From Myxococcota bacterium (lineage in GTDB: Bacteria; Myxococcota; XYA12-FULL-58-9; JABJBS01): a DNA stretch of 54,174 bases. The notes under the pieces were generated by a model, which saw only the letters and a program-made list of their open reading frames with translations, searched no databases and was not told the origin of the DNA. Shown one piece after another: positions 40,046-49,311 of this stretch (its first letter is position 1; each line of letters starts with the position of its first letter). The position numbers were made by a program, and so were the translations under genes. The stretch is taken from NCBI GenBank assembly GCA_036339465.1, contig JAYZAY010000071.1:1-54174 (forward strand), given 5' to 3'.

Positions 40046-41737
40046 ATGGTTTGTTTTAATTCGGAACGTATGGAACGTGCGCCTGCTAGGGCGATGTTAA
40101 AGGCCACAGGTCTTACTGATGAGGATTTAGAGAAACCCTTGATCGCGGTAATGAATACGTGGTCTGAAGTAACACCCTGCAACTTTCATCTGGATAAACT
40201 TGGAGCAGAAGTAAAGGCCGGAATTCGTGAGGCCGGTGGTACTCCAATTGAGATGAATTCCATTGTTGTTTCCGACGGGATCAGCATGGGGACGCCGGGC
40301 ATGAAGATGTCCTTGATTTCTCGAGAAGTCATTGCTGATTCCATTGAAGTGGCGGTTAGGGCACATAATTTTGATGCCGTGGTCGTCTTATGTGGATGCG
40401 ACAAAACGATTCCCGCTGCGGCTATGGGCGTGGCTCGGTTGGACCTTGCGTCGGTCATCCTTTACGGTGGTTCCATTATGCCGGGAAATTTCAAAGGCAG
40501 TAATGTGACGATTCAGGAGGTTTTTGAAGCGGTTGGGGCCTGCGCAGCGGGACGTATGGAGCTTGAAGAGTTGCGTATTCTCGAGGATGAGGCTTGTCCC
40601 GGGGCGGGTGCTTGCGGCGGGCAATTCACAGCAAACACGATGTCTTGTGCCCTGAGTGTTTTGGGGCTTTCACCCATGGGGTTTAATGATGTTCCCGCTG
40701 AAGATCCCCGTAAAAAAAAGGTGGCTTTCGAGTCTGGCAAGTTGGTGATGGATGTTTTGAAAGCCAACCGGAAACCGGGGGACTATATCACCCGGGATAG
40801 TTTGCGTAACGCCGTCGCCATAACCGCGGCCACGGCGGGTTCAACCAATTCGGTACTTCACCTCTTGGCCATCGCCAGAGAATTCGGGGTTGCTTTTGGC
40901 TTGGAGGATATCGATGAGATTATGGCGGCCACACCGGTGGTGGCGGATTTAAAGCCCACGGGGCGCTTTATGGCCCCAGATTTTGATAAGGCCGGTGGTG
41001 TGCCTTATTTAGTTCGGGAAATGATTGCGAGAAACTATTTAAAGGATGCCATGACAGTCACTGGGCGAATGTTGAGTGAGGAATGTGCGGATGCCGTTTC
41101 CCATGACACCCAAGGTGTCTTGAAATCTTTCGATGAGCCCTTAAAGCCGCGGGGGGGACTTGCTATTTTGAGGGGAAGTTTGGCTCCTGATGGCTGTGTT
41201 ATTAAGGTTTCGGGTCAGGCGCAGATGAATTTTACAGGACCGGCTCGGGTTTTTGAATGCGAGGAAGACTGTTTTGAAGCTTTGCAAGAGGGCAAGCTAA
41301 ATGAAGGCGATGTGATAGTGATTCGCAATGAGGGTCCCAAGGGTGGGCCCGGCATGCGAGAGATGTTGGCGGTGACGGCGGCTTTAGCGGGACGGGGGAT
41401 TCTGGATAAGGTGGCCTTAATTACCGACGGCCGATTTAGTGGTGCAAGTCATGGTTTTGTTATTGGGCATGTGGCGCCTGAAGCTTTGGTGGGTGGTCCC
41501 ATTGGGATGGTTCAGAATGGGGATATTATTCACATTGATGTTGATACACGCCAAATTGAGATTCAGGTGGATCTCGAAATGCGAAAGGTCGCAGATAAGC
41601 CCGCGTCGCAAGAGGATCTTCCTCGGACTGCGGTAAAATATGCATGTTTGGTCTCATCTGCTTCTCTCGGGGCGGTTACAGCCTTTCCTGAATATTCAAA
41701 TGGATTTATGCCCAGTGAAGATTGCCAATCGGTTTAA
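40046..41737 (+). CDS. ilvD: Dihydroxy-acid dehydratase
   Basis: [52 protein letters not shown] and ITDGRFSG. Confidence 0.97.
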   Translation: MVCFNSERMERAPARAMLKATGLTDEDLEKPLIAVMNTWSEVTPCNFHLDKLGAEVKAGIREAGGTPIEMNSIVVSDGISMGTPGMKMSLISREVIADSIEVAVRAHNFDAVVVLCGCDKTIPAAAMGVARLDLASVILYGGSIMPGNFKGSNVTIQEVFEAVGACAAGRMELEELRILEDEACPGAGACGGQFTANTMSCALSVLGLSPMGFNDVPAEDPRKKKVAFESGKLVMDVLKANRKPGDYITRDSLRNAVAITAATAGSTNSVLHLLAIAREFGVAFGLEDIDEIMAATPVVADLKPTGRFMAPDFDKAGGVPYLVREMIARNYLKDAMTVTGRMLSEECADAVSHDTQGVLKSFDEPLKPRGGLAILRGSLAPDGCVIKVSGQAQMNFTGPARVFECEEDCFEALQEGKLNEGDVIVIRNEGPKGGPGMREMLAVTAALAGRGILDKVALITDGRFSGASHGFVIGHVAPEALVGGPIGMVQNGDIIHIDVDTRQIEIQVDLEMRKVADKPASQEDLPRTAVKYACLVSSASLGAVTAFPEYSNGFMPSEDCQSV

Positions 41738-41895
41738 GCAACCTCACGAGCGAAGCTTTCTGGCTTCCGGTGAAAGCGGTGGATGTTTTGGGATTGCAGG
41801 GATAGTTTGCTAGGGGATTTTAGCGATAGGATGTTCTTATTTCACCCACCACCTGAGTTTTGTCCCAAAAAAAATGACGCAGAGCAAAATAAATC

Positions 41896-41924
41896 TTGAC
41901 GAAGAAGATTCGGCCGTTTACGAT
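41896..41924 (+). promoter_or_regulatory. Sigma70-type promoter of the ilv-leu leader/operon
   Basis: TTGACG (41896-41901), 17-nt spacer, TACGAT (41919-41924), preceded by an A-rich tract. It lies 29 nt before the leader ATG. Confidence 0.75.
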
Positions 41925-41953
41925 TTCTTGAATTCAGGAAAAATAGAACGAAC

Positions 41954-42109
41954 ATGAAGAGCCTAGGGCAACCATTAAGAGCAAGTACAAACGCAGCGGA
42001 TGTTTTATCCTTCGTCGCTCGGTTGGTATCTTCACGCATTATCGAGGCCCTCCTCGTACTTGTCATTCTTCTCATTGTACTTGGCATCGGCCTGCGAGGT
42101 GGTGGTTAG
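41954..42109 (+). CDS. ilv/leu attenuator leader peptide (51 aa)
   Basis: Translates as MKSLGQPLRASTNAADVLSFVARLVSSRIIEALLVLVILLIVLGIGLRGGG*, with 11 consecutive Leu/Val/Ile codons at 42050-42082. Absent from the ORF track. Confidence 0.85.
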   Translation: MKSLGQPLRASTNAADVLSFVARLVSSRIIEALLVLVILLIVLGIGLRGGG

Positions 42110-42141
42110 GACTTGTTCACAACCTCCACCTCGCAGGCCGA
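42087..42141 (+). promoter_or_regulatory. Antiterminator hairpin of the attenuator
   Basis: TCGGCCTGCGAGGTGG (42087-42102) is the exact reverse complement of CCACCTCGCAGGCCGA (42126-42141), extended by GGTT/AACC. It shares 42137-42141 with the terminator stem. Confidence 0.88.
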
Positions 42142-42175
42142 CCCGCTCGAACATAAGCAGGTCGGCTTTTTTTTT
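42137..42175 (+). terminator. Intrinsic terminator (attenuator) upstream of ilvC
   Basis: GCCGACC-c-GCT ... AGC-a-GGTCGGC stem followed by nine T's (42167-42175). Confidence 0.9.
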
Positions 42176-42196
42176 GATTAAATTGGGAGCTAAAAA

Positions 42197-43192
42197 ATGA
42201 AATTGGCAGAAACAACAGAAGCAAGCAGCAAGATTTTAGAGCAAGTGCCCATTGCGGTTATTGGTTATGGGGCCCAGGGTAGGGCTCAGGCACAGTGTTT
42301 TAAGGATTCCGGCTTGGATGTTACCGTCGGTGTTCGACCGGATGGCGCTTCTTGGCAATTGGCCCAAGAAGTTGGCATGAAGGTGGCAAGCATTGCCGAG
42401 GCATCAAAAAAGGCTCAGCTTATTCATATTCTTATCCCTGACGAGGTCCAGCGTACTGTCTACCAGAAGGAGATTGCTCGCCATGTAACCTCCGGTAAGA
42501 CCGTTTCATTCTCCCATGGTTTCAATATCCTCTATGGTTACGTTGCGCCGCCGGATGATGTCGATTGTATTTTAGTAGCCCCAAAGGCCCCAGGCACCGA
42601 AGAGAGAAAGGCCTATCTAGAAGGCAGCGGCGTACCTGGTTTGATCGCTATTCAGAACGATGCATCGGGAGATGCGCGCAACAAGGCATTGGCATTGGCC
42701 GATGCTCTGGGATGTACCCGTGCGGGTGTTTTGGAATGTTCCTTCGAAGACGAAACATTTGAGGACCTTTTTGGGGAACAAACCGTTCTTTGTGGGGGGG
42801 TAGCAGAACTCATAAAGGCAGGTTTTGAGACGTTGGTTGATGCTGGTTACCCACCCGAAATGGCTTATTTCGAGTGTCTCCACGAACTGAAACTTATCGT
42901 CGATCTCATTTATGAAGGGGGCCTAGAGCGTATGTGGGACGTGGTTTCGAATACGGCCGAATACGGTGGGAGAATGGTGGGACCGAAAATTATAACGCCG
43001 GCAACTCGAGACGCGATGAAGACGGCTTTGGGCAGAGTTCAAAGTGGTGAATTCGCCAAAGAATGGATGCAAGAATATGAGTCGGGAATGAAGAACTTAG
43101 ACAAGCTTCGCGCAGAGGAACGTCAGCATCCCATTGAAGTTGTGGGCCGCAAAGTACGTAGCCTTTTTAAGAGAGTAGAAGCGAACCACTAA
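42197..43192 (+). CDS. ilvC: Ketol-acid reductoisomerase
   Basis: IAVIGYGAQG.AQA, PDE, FSHGF, VAPKAPG, DLFGEQ.VLCGG, AYFECLHELKLIVDL and SNTAEYG. Confidence 0.97.
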   Translation: MKLAETTEASSKILEQVPIAVIGYGAQGRAQAQCFKDSGLDVTVGVRPDGASWQLAQEVGMKVASIAEASKKAQLIHILIPDEVQRTVYQKEIARHVTSGKTVSFSHGFNILYGYVAPPDDVDCILVAPKAPGTEERKAYLEGSGVPGLIAIQNDASGDARNKALALADALGCTRAGVLECSFEDETFEDLFGEQTVLCGGVAELIKAGFETLVDAGYPPEMAYFECLHELKLIVDLIYEGGLERMWDVVSNTAEYGGRMVGPKIITPATRDAMKTALGRVQSGEFAKEWMQEYESGMKNLDKLRAEERQHPIEVVGRKVRSLFKRVEANH

Positions 43193-43210
43193 GGGACTGG
43201 GGAGTCGGTC

Positions 43211-44821
43211 ATGAATCAGATCTTTATCTACGATACAACACTTCGAGATGGAACTCAGGGGGAGGATTTCCAACTCTCTGTCCCAGAGAAACTGGCCATC
43301 ACGGAGATCCTAGATGATTTTGGCTTTCATTATATTGAAGGAGGATGGCCGGGGTCCAATCCTCGCGACGAGGAATATTTTAAGAAAGCTCGCCAGTTGG
43401 TATTAAAAAATACGAGACTGGCTGCTTTTGGCTCAACACGTAGGGCAGGGGTCAAGGCATCGGAGGATGCCAATCTGCTAAAATTGGTATCTGCCAAGGT
43501 CCCCGTAGCAACTATTTTTGGAAAATCATCTCGCTATCAGGCTGAAACGATTTTGAAAGTTAGCGCGGAACAAAATCTCGAAATGGTTTTCGATAGCGTT
43601 AACTACCTTAAGGCCCATTTTGATGAGGTGATGTTTGACGCAGAGCACTTTTTTGATGGTTACGTCAGTTCGCCAGACTATGCCATGAAGGTGTTGGGTG
43701 CGGCGTTAGAGGCTGGGGCGGATTTTGTGGTCCTATGTGATACCAATGGTGGGAGCCTACCCCATCAAGTGTCGGCTGCGGTTGAAGCTGTGAAGAGAAA
43801 ATTTGATTGCTCCATTGGTATTCACGCCCATGATGATTCTGGTCTAGCCGTAGCGAACTCTTTGGAGGCGGTACGTATGGGGGCATCATTGGTGCAGGGA
43901 ACGGTCAACGGGCACGGTGAACGCTGCGGTAATGCGAATCTGATTACGGTAATTCCCAATTTACAGCTCCAGATGAAAAAGAACTGTCTCGGACCGGGCC
44001 GCCTACAAGGGTTGACCCGGTTGTCTCGAACCCTTGATGAGATGACCAATTATGTTTCGAATCCGCAGCAGCCCTTTGTTGGGCGGCGCTCTTTTTCCCA
44101 TAAGGGAGGAGTCCATATCAATGCGGTGATGAAAGACACAGGGTCCTATGAGCACATTCGGCCGGAAGAAGTCGGTAACCGACGTCGAATTTTAGCTTCG
44201 GATCTATCTGGATATTCAGCCATCGTCTTAAAGGCCCGTGAATTTGGTTTAGATCTGGATTCTCAGAATCCTCTGACTCGAAAGGTTTTAGAGAGGGTTA
44301 AGGATTTAGAGTATGAGGGATACCAATTCGAAGGAGCGGAAGCTTCGTTAATGCTTTTGATGCACGAGGCTGCGGGCACTCGAAAGGAGTTTTTCAGGTT
44401 TCATTCCGCGACGGTGACCACCGACCTGACGGCCGAACCGAAGACTGTTGGCGAGAGTTCGAAGGCTGTTGTTGATCTTGAAGTCGAGGGCCGTCGGGTT
44501 CAGAGCCATCAAACGGGAAATGGTCCAGTACATGCTCTCGCGAATGCATTTCGAGATGTTCTTGAACTTGCCTATCCCGAACTTCGTGAAGTGCGGTTGG
44601 TAGATTATAAGGTTCGCATTTTGAGTAGTGGCAACGGTTTTGCAGCGACCGTACGCGTTTTGGTCCAGGCAACCGATGGACGGCAAACGTGGGGAACGGT
44701 GGGCGTAAGTACAAATATTGTGGAAGCCAGTCGTAAGGCTGTGACTGATGCGCTGGAAACAAAGCTTTTTCGTGAACGTAATGCTGATGGAAGTAGCGCT
44801 TCTTTAAAAAAGGTAGGGTAA
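43211..44821 (+). CDS. cimA: (R)-citramalate synthase
   Basis: YDTTLRDGTQGE, YIEGGWPGSNP, AFGSTRR, FDAEHFFDG, LCDTNGG, HKGG.H and GYQFEGAEAS. This is the bacterial CimA subfamily, distinct from the adjacent LeuA. Confidence 0.9.
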   Translation: MNQIFIYDTTLRDGTQGEDFQLSVPEKLAITEILDDFGFHYIEGGWPGSNPRDEEYFKKARQLVLKNTRLAAFGSTRRAGVKASEDANLLKLVSAKVPVATIFGKSSRYQAETILKVSAEQNLEMVFDSVNYLKAHFDEVMFDAEHFFDGYVSSPDYAMKVLGAALEAGADFVVLCDTNGGSLPHQVSAAVEAVKRKFDCSIGIHAHDDSGLAVANSLEAVRMGASLVQGTVNGHGERCGNANLITVIPNLQLQMKKNCLGPGRLQGLTRLSRTLDEMTNYVSNPQQPFVGRRSFSHKGGVHINAVMKDTGSYEHIRPEEVGNRRRILASDLSGYSAIVLKAREFGLDLDSQNPLTRKVLERVKDLEYEGYQFEGAEASLMLLMHEAAGTRKEFFRFHSATVTTDLTAEPKTVGESSKAVVDLEVEGRRVQSHQTGNGPVHALANAFRDVLELAYPELREVRLVDYKVRILSSGNGFAATVRVLVQATDGRQTWGTVGVSTNIVEASRKAVTDALETKLFRERNADGSSASLKKVG

Positions 44822-44825
44822 GGAT

Positions 44826-46394
44826 ATGCCGAAGGATTTTGTGCAGATTTTTGACACGACCCTGAGGGATGGCGAACAGTCTCCTGGGGCGACGATGACT
44901 CAACAAGAGAAGATCCGTATTGCACGGGCCCTCGATGAGATGAGTGTGGATGTATTGGAGGCGGGGTTTCCGGCCGCGAGCCAGGGAGAAGTCGAATCGG
45001 TTCAGGCGGTTTCGAAGGCCGTGGAAAATGCGACGGTGGCCGCGCTATGTCGAACGCGAGAAAATGATATCGCAAAAGCCATGGAAGCTCTTTGCTTTGC
45101 CAAGCATAAAAGGCTGCATGTCTTCATTGCCACCAGCGACATCCATTTAAAATATAAACTAAAAATGAGTCGGGCGGAGGTTTTGAAGCAAATTGCTTTT
45201 GGTGTGGGAGCTTGTGCTTCCTTGGTGAGCGACGTGGAGTTTTCAGCCGAAGATGCGACACGCACGGATATTGGCTTCTTAAAGGAGGCAATGGCTTGTG
45301 CATTGGAACATGGTGCAAGAGTCCTAAATGTACCTGATACCGTGGGCTACACCACTCCTAATGAATTTTTCAAGATGATCGAAGCTGTTGTTGAATTGGC
45401 AAATCCTTATAATGCGATTGTTTCTGCGCACTGCCATAATGATTTAGGCTTGGCGGTTGCGAACTCACTGGCCGCCGTTCAAGCGGGTGCTCGCCAGGTT
45501 GAGGGTTGTATTAACGGTTTAGGGGAAAGAGCGGGCAATGCGGCCATCGAAGAAGTGGTGATGGCTCTCCGAACGCGCCAGGGTTTGTATCACTGTGATA
45601 CTAGGATCGAAACGGAAAGAATATTTTCTATGAGTCGCCTGGTGAGTGAGATCACCGGTTTTACTGTTCAGCCGAATAAGGCAATTGTGGGCAAGAATGC
45701 TTTCGCCCATGAGTCAGGTATTCATCAGCACGGTGTTCTTGAAGAGAGAGAAACCTATGAAATAATTGATCCTAAAGATGTGGGTATTCCGGAATCAAAT
45801 ATTGTTTTAGGCAAGCACTCGGGACGACACGCATTACGCGACCGACTAAGCCAGCTTGGATACGAAGTCGACGATCTCGAATTGAAACGGGTTTTTCTGG
45901 AATTCAAGGACCTAGCCGATCGTAAGAAAAATATTTACGACGAAGACCTCCATGTTTTGGCCAATCGATTGGGTTATGAGACGGAGCAGAGCTTCAATTT
46001 GGTAAATGTCAATTTCACCGGTTCCAAAGACGCAGAGGGAACTGCGCATCTAGAATTGATGACTGTGGATGGCACGGTTGTGAAAGAGGCCACTGGGGAT
46101 GGTCCGGTTCATGCGGTCTTCGAAGCTCTCAAGGCCTGTACGGGATTCTCAGATATTCGGTTGGTTGATTATCAGGTGTCGGCTGTTTCCAGTGGTTCGG
46201 ACGCCCAAGGTCGAGCAATTGCACGAATTGAGACTGAATATGGTCTGGTTCAAGGGCACGGAACTCATACCGATGTGGTCGTCGCCAGCGCCCTGGCTTT
46301 TGTGGATGCAGCGAATGCGCTTTGTGTGAAGGTCATAAATGAGGAGTTAATCGAGAAAAACAACAGAAATAAGACGGAGGCGAAGGCATCATGA
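44826..46394 (+). CDS. leuA: 2-isopropylmalate synthase
   Basis: FDTTLRDGEQSPG, EFSAEDA.R, PDTVGY, HCHNDLGLAVAN, GERAGN, FAHESGIHQ.G and a C-terminal regulatory domain. Confidence 0.97.
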   Translation: MPKDFVQIFDTTLRDGEQSPGATMTQQEKIRIARALDEMSVDVLEAGFPAASQGEVESVQAVSKAVENATVAALCRTRENDIAKAMEALCFAKHKRLHVFIATSDIHLKYKLKMSRAEVLKQIAFGVGACASLVSDVEFSAEDATRTDIGFLKEAMACALEHGARVLNVPDTVGYTTPNEFFKMIEAVVELANPYNAIVSAHCHNDLGLAVANSLAAVQAGARQVEGCINGLGERAGNAAIEEVVMALRTRQGLYHCDTRIETERIFSMSRLVSEITGFTVQPNKAIVGKNAFAHESGIHQHGVLEERETYEIIDPKDVGIPESNIVLGKHSGRHALRDRLSQLGYEVDDLELKRVFLEFKDLADRKKNIYDEDLHVLANRLGYETEQSFNLVNVNFTGSKDAEGTAHLELMTVDGTVVKEATGDGPVHAVFEALKACTGFSDIRLVDYQVSAVSSGSDAQGRAIARIETEYGLVQGHGTHTDVVVASALAFVDAANALCVKVINEELIEKNNRNKTEAKAS

Positions 46395-47470
46395 ACCAGA
46401 TCTTTAATCTATTATTGTTGCCGGGTGATGGAATCGGTCCCGAGGTGATGGAAGAGGCGAAAAAGCTCCTCGATTTGGTCGCTTCCAAATCTGATTATGT
46501 CTTTGAATATGCTTGTGCTGATTTTGGTGGGGCGAGTATTGATGCCCACGCAACTCCTCTCACAGATGAGGTCTTAAATCTCGCAAAATCCGCCGACGCT
46601 GTCTTGTTGGGGGCAGTGGGCGGTTCTAAGTGGGATGATCTAAAAGGCGAAGAGCGTCCGGAATCGGGTTTGTTGAAACTCCGATCCGCATTGGAAGTCT
46701 ACGCGAATATTCGCCCGGCAAGATTTTACAGTGGGCTTGGGGATGGTTCGCCACTCCGAGATTCTGTTTCCGAAGGGGCCAACTTGGTTATTGTTCGTGA
46801 ATTAACCGGCGGCATCTATTTTGGCACACCACGGGGGGTTTCCCAAAATGGAACCAGCGGCTGGAATACCATGACCTATCATGACTATGAGGTGAGACGC
46901 ATTGCGAAAGTTGCATTTGAGGTGGCCCAAAACCGCAAAGGAGAACTCACGAGCGTGGATAAAGCCAACGTTCTTGAAGTTTCACGGCTTTGGCGAGACG
47001 AGGTTGAAAATCTGCACGGCTCTTATGGCGATGTTAAGTTGAATCATCTCTATGTTGATAATTGTGCGATGCAATTGGTTCGTGCTCCTAAATCTTTCGA
47101 TGTTATTGTTACGTCGAATCTGTTTGGTGATATCCTGTCTGACTTAGCAGGTGCTATGACGGGGAGTCTTGGAATGTTGCCGTCGGCGTCGGTGGGAGAA
47201 GGAAACGCCTTATACGAGCCTGTTCACGGAAGTGCACCAGACATTGCTGGCCAAGGAATGGCCAACCCCATTGGGATGCTCTTAAGCGTCGCGATGTTTT
47301 TTGAGCATACGGTGAAGGACGTGACGATTGCACGGAAGATAGAAGAAGCCGTAGAGGTTGCCTTGGGGAAAGGCAATCGCACTCGAGATATCGCAGTGGG
47401 TTTTGAAAATGAAACGCCAGTTGGTACCGATGAAATGGGTGCTGCTATAAGACAAGCATATTTGGGCTAA
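46391..47470 (+). CDS. leuB: 3-isopropylmalate dehydrogenase
   Basis: LPGDGIGPEV, LLGAVGG, RELTGGIYFG, VDKANVL, N.FGDILSD and EPVHGSAPDIAG. Confidence 0.97.
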   Translation: MNQIFNLLLLPGDGIGPEVMEEAKKLLDLVASKSDYVFEYACADFGGASIDAHATPLTDEVLNLAKSADAVLLGAVGGSKWDDLKGEERPESGLLKLRSALEVYANIRPARFYSGLGDGSPLRDSVSEGANLVIVRELTGGIYFGTPRGVSQNGTSGWNTMTYHDYEVRRIAKVAFEVAQNRKGELTSVDKANVLEVSRLWRDEVENLHGSYGDVKLNHLYVDNCAMQLVRAPKSFDVIVTSNLFGDILSDLAGAMTGSLGMLPSASVGEGNALYEPVHGSAPDIAGQGMANPIGMLLSVAMFFEHTVKDVTIARKIEEAVEVALGKGNRTRDIAVGFENETPVGTDEMGAAIRQAYLG

Positions 47471-47485
47471 GCGAGAGAGGTTGAT

Positions 47486-49306
47486 ATGTCGTCGTTGGCA
47501 CGTAAGCGTGAAGGGTCGGGGGTCGCGTTGCTTAAGAAATCGAAGGTTTTGAGGCGGGATGCTATCAGTCCCTACTTTGAGGTTGCAAAGCTTGAAGAAG
47601 GTGAGACTCTTTTGATTTCGAAGGTGCACGGCATTGAACTTCTTCGTCTGGTGCTAACCAACAAAGGAACTGCCTTTAGTGAGGCGGAGCGGGTGGACCT
47701 CGGGTTGGATGGTTTATTGCCACCCAAAGTTTGTCAGATAGAGGAGCAGCTAGACAGAGCCTACGAAAATTTTCTTAGGCAAGCCAATCCCATTGATAAA
47801 TATCAATACTTGAGAGGGTTACAAGAACGACAAGAGGTGTTGTTTTATGCCTTGGTGTGTCGACATCTCAAGGAAACGCTTCCTATTATCTATACGCCCA
47901 CGGTTGGGGAGGCGGTCAGCCGTTTTTCGGCCTTATTTGAGACGCCGCGAGGGTTGACGGTCACCCCCGAAAACATCGACCGAATTGATACTATTTTGGA
48001 TAACTATCCGCTTCAGGAACCTGAGCTTATGGTGGTGACAGATTCTTCAGCCATTTTGGGAATCGGCGATCAAGGTGTGGGTGGGTTGGCTATATCCATC
48101 GGTAAATTGGCTCTTTATACCGCTGCGGGTCGAATGAGCCCCTTCAGGACGATTCCCGTTTGCCTCGATTGTGGCACCAACCAAGAAGGTCTGCGCAGTG
48201 ATTGCCAATATATTGGGCGTCAGGAGGACCGACTCGGCGGCGATGGTTATTTTGATTTTGTCGACCGATTCGTGGCCGCCGTTGGTAGGAAATGGCCCAA
48301 GGTGGTGATCCAATGGGAAGACTTATCTAAAGATACCGCATTCGACGTTTTGTCGCGTTATCAAGACTCTATCAGTTCATTCAACGACGATATTCAAGGC
48401 ACCGGTGCTGTGGCCCTTGCGGGTCTTTTAAGGGCGGTGAAGATTGCGCATTTAGATTTTTGTAAGCAGAAGATTGCGATTGTAGGGGCGGGAGCCGGTG
48501 GTTTGGGTGTGGCCTTAGCCATTCGCGGTGAGTTGCAGCGAGAAGGATTGTCGGCAGAGGATATTTCGGAGTGTCTGTTTGTCTTTGATTCGGGAGGACT
48601 GATGCATGAGGGTAGAGGCCTTGTTGGTATCAAGAAGCAATTTGAGACGCCTATGCATTGTGTCAGTGATACGGTGAAAGGAAATAGAGTATCCCTCGAT
48701 GCGGAATTCATTGGTGTACAAGGGATAACCACCCTGATTGGGTTGAGTGGTCAACCTGGTTTCTTTTCTGAGTCAATGGTGAGGGGGATGGGTGAGAATA
48801 CTTCTCGTCCCATCATTTTTCCGTTGTCCAATCCCACTCGGTTATCAGAAGGGGTTCCCGAGGTCTTGATGGAATGGACCAGAGGCAAGGCCATTGTGGC
48901 CACGGGGAGTCCGTTTCCCGACGTACCACTGAAAAGTGGGACTGTGATGCGTGTGGGCCAAGGGAACAATGCTTTTGTGTTTCCAGGATTGGGGGTTGGT
49001 GCAGTCTTGACTGGCGCGAGCCGAATCACCGAGGGCATGGTGGCAACGGCGGCGCATGCCTTGGCGAATTACATGACCGCACGGTTTGGGGATGATGATA
49101 CGGTGTATCCGGATGTAGCGGAATTGCCAATGGTGAGTAGAGTGGTTGCGCGAGAAGTGGCGCTCAAGGCCATTGAAGAGGGTGTAGGCACTAAGTGCTT
49201 CAAGGACGCCGTAGCTGTCGAAGATGCATTAGACGATTTTTTATGGAAACCCAATTACTTTAAAATTGTGTCGGAAAAATTATTTGAGAGGGAATACGAG
49301 TGGTGA
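47486..49306 (+). CDS. maeA: Malic enzyme, large (MaeA/SfcA-type) oxaloacetate-decarboxylating malate dehydrogenase
   Basis: [68 protein letters not shown] and GQGNN..VFPG. Confidence 0.9.
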   Translation: MSSLARKREGSGVALLKKSKVLRRDAISPYFEVAKLEEGETLLISKVHGIELLRLVLTNKGTAFSEAERVDLGLDGLLPPKVCQIEEQLDRAYENFLRQANPIDKYQYLRGLQERQEVLFYALVCRHLKETLPIIYTPTVGEAVSRFSALFETPRGLTVTPENIDRIDTILDNYPLQEPELMVVTDSSAILGIGDQGVGGLAISIGKLALYTAAGRMSPFRTIPVCLDCGTNQEGLRSDCQYIGRQEDRLGGDGYFDFVDRFVAAVGRKWPKVVIQWEDLSKDTAFDVLSRYQDSISSFNDDIQGTGAVALAGLLRAVKIAHLDFCKQKIAIVGAGAGGLGVALAIRGELQREGLSAEDISECLFVFDSGGLMHEGRGLVGIKKQFETPMHCVSDTVKGNRVSLDAEFIGVQGITTLIGLSGQPGFFSESMVRGMGENTSRPIIFPLSNPTRLSEGVPEVLMEWTRGKAIVATGSPFPDVPLKSGTVMRVGQGNNAFVFPGLGVGAVLTGASRITEGMVATAAHALANYMTARFGDDDTVYPDVAELPMVSRVVAREVALKAIEEGVGTKCFKDAVAVEDALDDFLWKPNYFKIVSEKLFEREYEW

Positions 49307-49311
49307 AAAGA

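Noticed and set aside
42050..42095. Leader ORF read as a small membrane protein or type I toxin
   Set aside because: The hydrophobic run is purely Leu/Val/Ile and is positioned precisely against overlapping antiterminator and terminator stems upstream of BCAA genes, which fits attenuation better.
41842..42200. ORF-track entries 41842..42087 (-) and 42000..42200 (+)
   Set aside because: They are better explained as shadows of the leader peptide/attenuator in another frame or strand.
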